Part shown: positions 29,033 to 38,096 of the stretch, one piece after another
Layout: every line of letters begins with the position of its first letter
Numbering within the stretch: position 1 is the first letter of the stretch
NCBI GenBank assembly: GCA_963848305.1
Contig: CAWKDC010000003.1
Coordinates: 128,001-192,000, forward strand
Length of the DNA: 64,000 bases
Direction of reading: 5' to 3'
Origin: an uncultured Gammaproteobacteria bacterium
Lineage (GTDB): Bacteria > Pseudomonadota > Gammaproteobacteria > JABCZS01
Translations under genes and position numbers: made by a program
The notes under the pieces: model-generated
Told to the model about the DNA's origin: nothing
Seen by the model: the letters and a program-made list of their open reading frames with translations, nothing else
The model's database searches: none

Positions 29033-32000
29033 CCATATTCGACAAGAAGCGTTGAATCCCCATCAATCCTTCATTGTGCAAGCACCTGCCGGGTCGGGTA
29101 AAACACAATTGCTTACATCTCGTATGCTGACGTTACTGGCCACGAGGGTGACAACACCCGAATCCATTTTGGCCATCACATTCACCAAAAAAGCATCGCA
29201 AGAGATGAAGCGACGCGTCATGGGCGCCTTGCAATTAGCTTGTGGGCCTGAGCCTGATCAGGATCATGAACGTGCATTGTGGTTGCTTGGAAAAAAAGTA
29301 TTGGTGGCTGATCATAAGTATGAATGGGGGTTATTATTAAATCCTCAACGTTTGAGGATCATGACCATCGACTCACTGTGCAGCAGCATCACGCATCAAT
29401 TGCCTCTATCTTCACGATTAGGTGCTAATCCTTCCCGTGTAGAAAACGCGAGCACACTTTATTTGCAAGCAGCACAAATGACAGTGTCTCAATGTTTAAC
29501 ATCAAATCAGACTGAAGATAATGCGATACAAACATTATTGTTGCATCTTAACAATAAACAAGCTCTGGCGTGTGAATCCATCGCCAACATGTTAGCATCG
29601 CGCGAGCAATGGTTGGGTTTGATATTTTCACAGCAATCTCATGATATGGAAACATTACGTCATCATCTGGAAAGAAGTATTGCGGATGTGGTTAAAGATA
29701 GCTTTGAAAAGATCATGTCATCTTTATGGTCTGTGGATTGGGATGGAGTGGCGCTTTATTTAAATTATGCAGCATCGAATATGGAATCACAATATCATCA
29801 AGAAATCATGCGTGAATGGATTGGCTTGTCATGTGATGTGAGTGATCTGGAAAAATGGCGTGCATTGTCTCAATGGTTGTGTACCACAGAAGGCGCATTG
29901 CGTAAAACAGTTGATAAAAGACAGGGTTTTCCAGCTGCATCGAGTATTAAGGTCAAGGAACATGCGACTCGCGCAAAGCTCATGAAAGAAGGGTTTATTG
30001 CTTGGCTGGATCAAGTTCGCGAAGATGAGCAAGCGGTTGGCGCATTGAAAGATTTGATATCATTACCGGATCCGGTTTATGCAGATCAACAATGGAATGT
30101 GTTAAAAGCCTTGTTCACCCTACTGCCAAAAGCGGTTGAACAGTTATACCTTTTATTTGAATCTCGTGGCGAAACTGATTTCAGCGCCGTCTCTCGATGC
30201 GCCCTGACGGCATTGGGTGGTGAAAATGATCCGACAGATCTCGATCTTAAATTCGATGATGCCCTGCACCATATTTTAGTCGATGAATTTCAGGATACAT
30301 CGTTAACACAATTTGAACTGGTGAGGCGTCTTGTGGCACACTGGGAAAATGATGGTGAAAAAACATTGTTTCTGGTGGGAGACCCGATGCAATCCATTTA
30401 CCGTTTTCGTCAAGCTGAGGTCGGCGGTTTTCTTCAAGCACAACAGTTTGGCATTGGCCCTATACAGTTAAAAAGCCTTAGCTTGCGTTCAAATTTCCGT
30501 TCAGAAAAACCTATCATTGATTGGATCAATGAACACATGCCTCGTACTTTTGCTGTTGAGGAAGATATTTATTTGGGCGCGATCACCTATGCCCCTTTTG
30601 ATGCTCAATTACCTGCAGGTTCAGATTCGGGTGTTTTCTTAAAGTGGATCGAGGGATCTGAGGGTTTGTGTGAATCATTCATTCACACGCTGAATGCTTT
30701 AGAAGCTGACGACAATATAAAATCCATTGCTATTTTAGTGCGGAACAGGGGACATGTTGAAGCAATTTTGCCAGCCTTGCGCAAAGCCAATATTGCTTAT
30801 CAAGCTGTTGAGATTGAAAAAATCACACAAACATCTTGTGTTAGACAATTATTGCAATTAACGCGTGCCTACTTGAATAGGGCTGATACTCAGGCTTGGT
30901 TGGCAGTGTTGATGTCACCTTACTTGGGGTTATCATTGGCCGATTTGACTTGCTTGCGCGAGCACGCCACGTTATACATCGATGCAATTGCGACATGGGA
31001 GAGTGTGCCTGGCATCTCTGAAACTGGGCGTGCGATATTAACACGCGTATCGCCTGTTTTAACTGATTGGATATTGCAAAAAAACAGATTACCTCTTGCG
31101 CAAGCAGTGGAAGGTGCCTGGTTGGCATTGGGGGGCCTGCTTCTCTGCCTGGTATTCAACATTTAGCTGATGCACAAGCTTTTTTTGACTTGTTGCATGC
31201 CTGTGATGAAGGTGGAACAATAGATTTGATCACATTTGAAAATCGTTTAGACAATCTATTTTCGAATGCTTCTCAATCAGCAAAAATTCAAATCATGACC
31301 ATTCATAAATCAAAAGGGTTAGAATTTGATGCTGTCTTGATACCTTCACTGGAGCGTCAACCAAAAGCATCTGAAAAGCCATTGTTATTGTGGGAATCCT
31401 GTCCTATTGATCAAGAGAATGTATTATTATTTGCACCCATCCATGAGGCGCAAGAAGACGTCGATCCCATTTACGAATTCATGTGGAAAAAACATAAAAT
31501 CCGAGAACGTCATGAAAATGCGAGATTATTGTATGTTGCGCTTACCCGTGCTAAAAAGCAGTTGCATTTGTTTGCAGAAAAAAAGAAACCCCGTCAAGAC
31601 AGTTTTTTAGCATTGCTTCAAGGTGCTTTTGATGCCTTTTCCCTCGCGGAAGCAGATATTGCTTCAGACGCAATACCTGCTCAAATGATACCATTATCAT
31701 ATCATCTTCAACGACTAGATCCCCATTGGAAACATCCATTTCTTGAGCAACTATTGAAAGCGCATCATGATGCGAAGATAGTTAAAAATAATCCGATTGA
31801 TCATGATATGATTATTCCTGATCGGTATGTTGACAAAACATTGGGTACATTAATTCATCAGATCCTATATTTATGGGCTGAGCAACCATTTTTACTGAAG
31901 CAGCCCATTGAGCAACAGCTTCCTTGTTGGAAGGCAATGTTGCTTGAAAATGGACTTTCGTTAACGCATCTTGATTGGGTTAAGCATGTGATGCAGTCTG

Positions 32001-32332
32001 TTCAAGCAGATCCACGTGCGCAATTTATTTTAGGTGCTCATTCAATCGCGGACAGTGAGCATGAAATAACGATCGTGCAGGATGGTCAAGTTAACACTTA
32101 TGTGATTGACAGAACGTTTGTGGATCAAGACAATGTTCGTGTGATTGTCGATTATAAAACAGGCAATCCCTCGCATGAGTCCCAAGGACTCGGCCGTTAC
32201 CGTGAGCAGTTGTTCTCGTACGCGCGCGTGATGCAAACGCTGGAATCACGCTCCATTCGATTATGTTTGTATTTTCCCTTAACAGGTGATTATAGAGAAG
32301 AAATGTATTCAGCATCAGAGGTGATATCATGA
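29022..32332 (+). CDS. addA: AddA-like UvrD-family helicase/nuclease, 1-nt frameshift in a G run near 31133
   Basis: APAGSGKT, TFTKKA, VDEFQDT, VGDPMQSIYRFR; second frame has MTIHKSKGLEF, LLYVALTRAK, IDR..DYKTG. Confidence 0.85.
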
Positions 32333-33198
32333 GCAATCCTTTAACGATCAGTATTTCATCGCGTGCCTTATTTGATCTGACTGACAGCCATCATGTCTTT
32401 GAAACCCAAGGCATTGAAGCTTACGCACAATATCAGATTGCCAGAGAAAATGAACCCCTCGCGCCAGGCGCGGCATTTCCCTTGGTCAAAAAGTTGTTGG
32501 CATTGAATCATGATCACAAGGCTCCCATTGTCGAGGTGATTCTGCTCTCTCGAAACAGTGCAGACACGGGTCTGCGCATTTTCAATTCCATTCAACATTA
32601 TGGATTAGACATGACACGCGCAGTTTTTACGGGTGGGCGTTCGACATATGATTATGTGTCAGCATTGAATACTCACTTGTTTTTGTCCAGTGATCCTGTA
32701 GAAGTGCGTAAAGCTTTGGATGCCAAGTTGGCAGCAGCCACCATTTTGCCAACTGCCCCGCAGGCCATGCCTCACACTGAATTGCGGATTGCATTCGACG
32801 GTGATGCAGTGCTCTTCGACAGTGCATCTCAACGTATTTATGATACACATGGTTTAGATTCATTCAATGATCATGAGAAACAAGCGGCACATTGTCCCTT
32901 GGATGGAGGACCATTCAAAAATTTTCTCGCGCAATTGGCGGAGATTCAATCCCTTTATCCTGCAGATGCTTCTCCGATCCGCACTGCTTTGGTCACGGCA
33001 CGCAGCGCGCCTGCACATGAGCGGGTGATCCGCACGCTTCGAGATTGGCATATCCGCATTGATGAAGCCTTGTTTTTGGGCGGAAAAGACAAGGCCGCTT
33101 TCTTAAAGGCGTTTGGCGCAGATTTATATTTTGATGATCAAATGAAATATTGTGACAGCGCGAAGCATGTGGTGGCGACGGGGCATGTGCCCCAATAA
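32329..33198 (+). CDS. 5'-nucleotidase (cN-I family)
   Basis: ISSRALFDL, RIAFDGDAVLF, LVTARSAPAHERV, FDDQ. Confidence 0.9.
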   Translation: MSNPLTISISSRALFDLTDSHHVFETQGIEAYAQYQIARENEPLAPGAAFPLVKKLLALNHDHKAPIVEVILLSRNSADTGLRIFNSIQHYGLDMTRAVFTGGRSTYDYVSALNTHLFLSSDPVEVRKALDAKLAAATILPTAPQAMPHTELRIAFDGDAVLFDSASQRIYDTHGLDSFNDHEKQAAHCPLDGGPFKNFLAQLAEIQSLYPADASPIRTALVTARSAPAHERVIRTLRDWHIRIDEALFLGGKDKAAFLKAFGADLYFDDQMKYCDSAKHVVATGHVPQ

Positions 33199-33200
33199 TT

Positions 33201-33241
33201 CATCGCGCCTTCGGCGCATGGGAGGAAGTATCCGCCCCTAA
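33201..33241. repeat. Hairpin (GCGCC-TTC-GGCGC) plus GTAG-family REP between convergent genes
   Basis: Minus strand TAGGGGCGGATACTTCC is identical to the REP at 43629; its TAG is the stop of the 33238 gene. Confidence 0.7.
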
Positions 33242-33537
33242 AGGTTCGGATCAATCTCATCCTTATTCCCAATCTTCAACTTATTCGCCTTGGCGAACGC
33301 TATCAGTTGATGATAAACCTCTGGGTTGGTTTCTTTCAGGCTTTCATCCACGTAAACGCACTTGTTGCCGTCTTTCATCCCAGGTTTTAGCAGGGGAGAA
33401 TAGGTAATACGGTGGTTATGGAAGGTGGCCAATCGGCCGCTGACGCGCTCAGCCCAATCGCTGGGACGGAATGACTCACCTGTCTCAGTGACGCCCTCGA
33501 TGATGAATTGCTTTTTGTCTTCTTTATCTTGTCCCAT
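33238..33537 (-). CDS. DUF3579-like small conserved protein
   Basis: IIEGVT..GE.FRPSDWAER, YSPLL.P, FAKAN.L; ATG 33537 follows GAGG. Confidence 0.75.
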   Translation of the reverse strand: MGQDKEDKKQFIIEGVTETGESFRPSDWAERVSGRLATFHNHRITYSPLLKPGMKDGNKCVYVDESLKETNPEVYHQLIAFAKANKLKIGNKDEIDPNL

Positions 33538-33538
33538 A

Positions 33539-33720
33539 TATACCTCTCGTACCTGAAGATGCGAATCCTGGCTGCCTCGTGCAGACCTCTTTTGGGTTTT
33601 ACTCAATCGAAAAGTTTAGCCGTGCAATAAGCACTGTCTGCGACTTTTCTCAATCTTAAAACCCAAAATAGGCCCACACGGGATTGCCAACCCCTCGCAT
33701 CTTCAGGTACGAGAGGTATA
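33539..33720. mobile_element. ERIC-like MITE, long copy
   Basis: 26-bp perfect terminal inverted repeats TATACCTCTCGTACCTGAAGATGCGA, flanked by TA, with nested internal stems; second copy at 49891. Confidence 0.8.
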
Positions 33721-33804
33721 TAACCTTCTAGATAACCTAAACGTATGATATCCTCAAAACAGCTTACTGTCCACTTCTATGGGCACTCATGGTAAACTGC
33801 CTGG

Positions 33805-35063
33805 ATGAACGCAATACCCTTGAGCACACGCGCGCGACCCCAGACCTTGGACGATTTCTTCGGCCAGAGTCAATTATTGGGTCCGTCAGGGGGCTTGAGC
33901 CAGGCATTGAAGGCCGGCAAACTCCACAGCATGATTTTCTGGGGCCGCCAGGGACTGGCAAAACAACCCTTGCGCACATCATTGCTCAGCATTTTCAGGC
34001 GGAGTTTCACGCCTTATCGGCTGTCATGGCTGGGGTCAAGGATATTCGAGATGTGGCCACGGCGGCTGAACGTTCAGATAAACCGACACTCCTTTTTTTA
34101 GATGAAATTCACCGTTTCAATAAATCTCAACAAGATGCGCTGTTACCTTATGTTGAGTCAGGACTCATCACCTTGATAGGCGCAACGACTGAAAACCCCT
34201 CATTTGCTTTGAACAATGCGTTGCTGTCGCGAGCCCGGGTGTATGTTTTGAAAGCACTTGAGGAATCGGCGATTGAAGGGATATTGGATCGGGCCTTACG
34301 CTACGTAGACAGCCCCAAGGCTTTGTCTGCGGAGGCACGTGCTGCCATTGCCAAGTCTGCCGATGGGGATGCTCGACGAGCCCTGAACAGCCTTGAAATG
34401 GCCCTCGATTTAACACCGGATGGTCAGAGCATCACCCCTGAAATCATCGCAGAAGTCATCAAAAATACCTTGTTGCGGTTTGATAAGCAAGGGGATGCTT
34501 GGTACGACCAAATATCTGCCCTGCATAAATCAGTGAGGGGTTCGGATCCCGACGCCGCCTTGTATTGGCTTGCGCGGATGCTGGTGGGAGGGTGCGATCC
34601 CCTTTACCTGGCGCGACGTATCGTGCGGATGAGCAATGAGGATATTGGCAATGCCGATCCCCGTGCATTTGATCTGGCCATGAATGCCTGGCAGGCCATG
34701 GAACGAATGGGGACGCCAGAAGGGGAGTTGGCCTTGGCACAAGCTGTCGTGTATATGGCGTGTGCACCCAAAAGTAACGCCGTCTATAAAGCGTTCAATG
34801 CAGCGATGGAAAGTGCACAGCGATCGGGTTCTCTGCCAGTGCCTGTGCATCTGTGCAATGCCCCAACAGCACTGCTAAAATCATTAGGGCATGGCAGAGA
34901 GTATCGTTATCCACATGACGCACCCAATGCGTACATTCCTAACGAGCATTATTTTCCTGATAAAATGCCCAAACAGTCATTTTATCAGCCCGTGTCGAGA
35001 GGCTTGGAAATACAGATCAAAGAAAAATTGGAATCACTGAGGGGCTTATGCAACCAATCGTAG
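33805..35063 (+). CDS. rarA: Replication-associated recombination protein A, 1-nt frameshift in a G run near 33943
   Basis: PLS.R.RPQTLDDF.GQ and HSMIFWG in one frame, then GPPGTGKTT, DEIHRFNKSQQD, GATTENPSF, ISALHKSVRGSD in the next. Confidence 0.92.
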
Positions 35064-35803
35064 AAAATCGCCGGAAAGGGATATACTTACTTCCTAACTT
35101 ATTTACAACCGCCGGCTTGTTTGCTGGATTTTACGCGATTGTTGCAGCCATGCGCGGTCACTTTGATATTGCGGCAACGGCGATATTCATTGCCATGGTG
35201 ATGGATGGCTTGGACGGTCGTATCGCGCGCCTCACACACACAGAGAGCGCCTTTGGTGCGCAATATGATAGCTTGGCTGACATGGTCGCTTTCGGGGCTG
35301 CACCAGCCTTGGTGATTTACACGTGGAGTCTGAATACACTCAAGCTTGGGTGGCTTGTTGCATTCATGTATGCAGCGGCAGGTGCGTTGCGATTGGCGCG
35401 CTTCAACACGCAGATGGCGAAAGTGGATAAAAGTTTTTTTGTCGGCTTAGCAATCACACCTTCTGCAGGTGTGATTGCAGGCTATGTACTTCTGTTAGAC
35501 AGCCTCGGTGTTGCACAAAAGAGTGCAGCAGTTGCGGGTTCCGTGCTCACAGTGCTGATCGCGATGTTGATGGTGAGCAACATTCGTTATAATAGTTTCA
35601 AAAATATTGATCTGAAGGGTCATGTACCATTCATGGCATTACTGTTGGTAGTGTTGATATTTGTTGGCATTGCGATTGATCCGCCCATCATGTTGTTTGT
35701 GATCTTTGCTGTTTACGCTGCATCTGGTCCCATTTGGTTTCTGCGTCGTCATGGTTGGCGTGGCATCATCAATATGTTTTATCGCAGAAAGGGTGTTGGC
35801 TAA
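35048..35803 (+). CDS. pssA: CDP-diacylglycerol--serine O-phosphatidyltransferase
   Basis: LPNLFT, DGLDGRIAR..S.FG.QYDSLAD, LRLARFN. Confidence 0.93.
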   Translation: MQPIVENRRKGIYLLPNLFTTAGLFAGFYAIVAAMRGHFDIAATAIFIAMVMDGLDGRIARLTHTESAFGAQYDSLADMVAFGAAPALVIYTWSLNTLKLGWLVAFMYAAAGALRLARFNTQMAKVDKSFFVGLAITPSAGVIAGYVLLLDSLGVAQKSAAVAGSVLTVLIAMLMVSNIRYNSFKNIDLKGHVPFMALLLVVLIFVGIAIDPPIMLFVIFAVYAASGPIWFLRRHGWRGIINMFYRRKGVG

Positions 35804-35900
35804 AAAAATATTCAAAATCCTCTTGCATAATTTTGCACATGCCAATACAATGTCAAAAATCAAACACACAAGTTGGTTAACATCAAATAAGCGAGAGATT

Positions 35901-36617
35901 ATGCGAATTTTACTGGTTGAAGATGACGAAATGATTGGCAAAGCTATTTGTGATTCACTTTCTAAACGTGATTACACGGTTGATTGGTTGAAGGATGGTC
36001 AAAGCGCTGAGATGGCATTGCTTTCTCGCGATGTCACTGATCAACATTTCAGTGCAGTGATACTAGATGCAGGTTTGCCAAAACGTGACGGATTGGAAGT
36101 ATTGAAAAATGTGCGCAGTAAAGGCGTTAAAATTCCTATCTTGATGTTGTCTGCACGCGGATCAGATGAAGACATGAAAAATGGTCTTGATTTAGGTGCG
36201 GATGATTATGTTGCTAAACCTTTTTCAATTGACGTATTATGTGCACGTTTACGTGCGATTCAACGTCGCAGTGTTGGTCGTGCTGTCACAACAATCGATT
36301 ATGGTAACGTGCGTTTGGATCCGCGATCAAACTCAGTGTACATTCACGAAGATCGTATTTCAATTTCGCACCGCGAATATACATTGTTGCATAAGTTGTT
36401 AGACAATGCTGGCGAAGTTGTGCCACGTGAAGTATTATCACAATGCATCTACGGATGGGATGCAGAAGTCGAGAGTAATGCCGTTGAGGTGCATGTGCAT
36501 AACTTGCGTCGTAAATTGCGTGTTGATTTGATCAAGACGATTCGGGGTGTCGGGTATATCATCGATTTGCCCATGCTCGGTGTTCAAGCGTCAAAACGTG
36601 AAGCAGTGGTTTGCTAA
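35901..36617 (+). CDS. OmpR-family response regulator, PmrA/QseB-like, without adjacent kinase
   Basis: MRILLVEDD, VILD, GADDYVAKPF, SNAVEVHVHNLRRKL, IKTIRGVGY. Confidence 0.85.
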   Translation: MRILLVEDDEMIGKAICDSLSKRDYTVDWLKDGQSAEMALLSRDVTDQHFSAVILDAGLPKRDGLEVLKNVRSKGVKIPILMLSARGSDEDMKNGLDLGADDYVAKPFSIDVLCARLRAIQRRSVGRAVTTIDYGNVRLDPRSNSVYIHEDRISISHREYTLLHKLLDNAGEVVPREVLSQCIYGWDAEVESNAVEVHVHNLRRKLRVDLIKTIRGVGYIIDLPMLGVQASKREAVVC

Positions 36618-36627
36618 GCGAGTTGAG

Positions 36628-36721
36628 ATCGGGTTGTATGATGCCAAACCTGTCTGGTAAGGAAGTCAGACGGTGCGGACACGGATGAACACTAAGCGTG
36701 TTTGGCATCATACAACCCGAT
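36628..36721. repeat. 94-bp palindromic element with 22-bp perfect inverted arms
   Basis: ATCGGGTTGTATGATGCCAAAC ... GTTTGGCATCATACAACCCGAT between convergent genes. Confidence 0.75.
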
Positions 36722-36785
36722 TAATTCACTTTTATCGATAGCCGTTCTTTGTTCAAATATATTACCAATCTTAGATGCATAGCAT

Positions 36786-38096
36786 TCAAATCACTTCTGA
36801 ACGAACTGTGCCATTTTTCACCCGTGTCACCAATTGATCACCGGCTTTAACATCATTCACACTCAACACCGCTTTGCCATCCCTCGTCATGGTGATACTG
36901 TAGCCGCGATCTAACACGGCCAAAGGACTTAATGCATGCATTTCTCGGCCTAAACTGCCAAGATATTGTGTTTTCAGTGACAACATATTGTCCATGGCAG
37001 ATGTTAAACGAGATTCAAGCAGGGTTCTACGTGTTGCATTCGCCTCTAATAAAATACGGGGATGACAATGTGACAAGCGATTTTCAATCGCATTGATCAG
37101 CATGAATGATCGTTGCAGTTTATTTGATAGTAAATAGCTTAATCTTTGCGTGAGCAAATCGACACGTTGCATCATGTTGCGCAACACATCGCCAGGATGA
37201 ACCAAGCTCTTTGTCAGCAATGCCAAACGTTGCGACTCTTGTTGTAAGCGCTGTTGCATTGTGCGTTCAAGTTTTTGCGTGAGCATGTTCAAGCGATGCA
37301 GTAATGCGATTTGATCGGGGCTGGCCAATTCAGCAGCAGCCGTTGGTGTGGCCGCGCGCAAATCTGCAACGAAATCTGCAATGGTCACATCTGTTTCATG
37401 TCCCACACCACTGATGATTGGAATACGGCTCGCAAAAATCGCGCGCGCGACATTTTCTTCGTTAAACGCGAATAAATCTTCAAGTGATCCGCCGCCGCGT
37501 GCCACAATCAATAGCTCAGCTTGTGCGTGCTTGTTCGCATTTTCTATTGCTTGAACAATTTGCGCGCTGGCTTCTTTGCCTTGTACGAGTGTTGGATAAA
37601 TGATGACACGCATCAGTGGGAAACGACGCTCGAGTGTGTGCAGCATGTCCTGCAATGCAGCCCCTGTCGGAGAAGTCACAATGCCCAGCGTTTGCACAAA
37701 AGCGGGAATGGCTTTTTTATGTTCAGGTGAAAACAAGCCTTCATGTGCGAGTTTTGCTTTCAATAATTCGAATGCACGTTGCAATGCGCCGAGACCCGCT
37801 TCTTCCATGTGTTCAACGATGAGTTGATAATCTCCGCGGGCTTCATAAATACTCACACGCGCGCGTGCCAATACTTTCATGCCGTTGCGAAATAGCGGCG
37901 CAGATCCACGCAACTGCCCTTTAAAAAAGGCGGCACGTACTTGTGCTTTATCATCTTTCAATGAAAAATAGAGATGGCCTGACGGTGCTCGCGTGAAATT
38001 TGATATTTCACCTTCGACCCACACAACACCTAACGTGTCGAGAAGCGATTTTGCCACCTGATTCAGTGCACTGATGGAAAGAATGGGTTTGTTCAT
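36786..38096 (-). CDS. xseA: Exodeoxyribonuclease VII large subunit
   Basis: VEGEISNF..SGHLYFSLKD, TSPTGAA, ARGGGSLEDL, GVGHETD, TPTAAAE. Confidence 0.96.
   Translation of the reverse strand: MNKPILSISALNQVAKSLLDTLGVVWVEGEISNFTRAPSGHLYFSLKDDKAQVRAAFFKGQLRGSAPLFRNGMKVLARARVSIYEARGDYQLIVEHMEEAGLGALQRAFELLKAKLAHEGLFSPEHKKAIPAFVQTLGIVTSPTGAALQDMLHTLERRFPLMRVIIYPTLVQGKEASAQIVQAIENANKHAQAELLIVARGGGSLEDLFAFNEENVARAIFASRIPIISGVGHETDVTIADFVADLRAATPTAAAELASPDQIALLHRLNMLTQKLERTMQQRLQQESQRLALLTKSLVHPGDVLRNMMQRVDLLTQRLSYLLSNKLQRSFMLINAIENRLSHCHPRILLEANATRRTLLESRLTSAMDNMLSLKTQYLGSLGREMHALSPLAVLDRGYSITMTRDGKAVLSVNDVKAGDQLVTRVKNGTVRSEVI

Noticed and set aside
33538-33606. N-terminal extensions of the DUF3579 ORF and of ORF 49796..50182
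   Set aside because: They read through the MITE; better starts with an RBS are at 33537 and 49891
33789-33940. Alternative RarA N-terminus MVNCLDERNT...
   Set aside because: The conserved RarA N-terminus is in the other frame, starting at 33805
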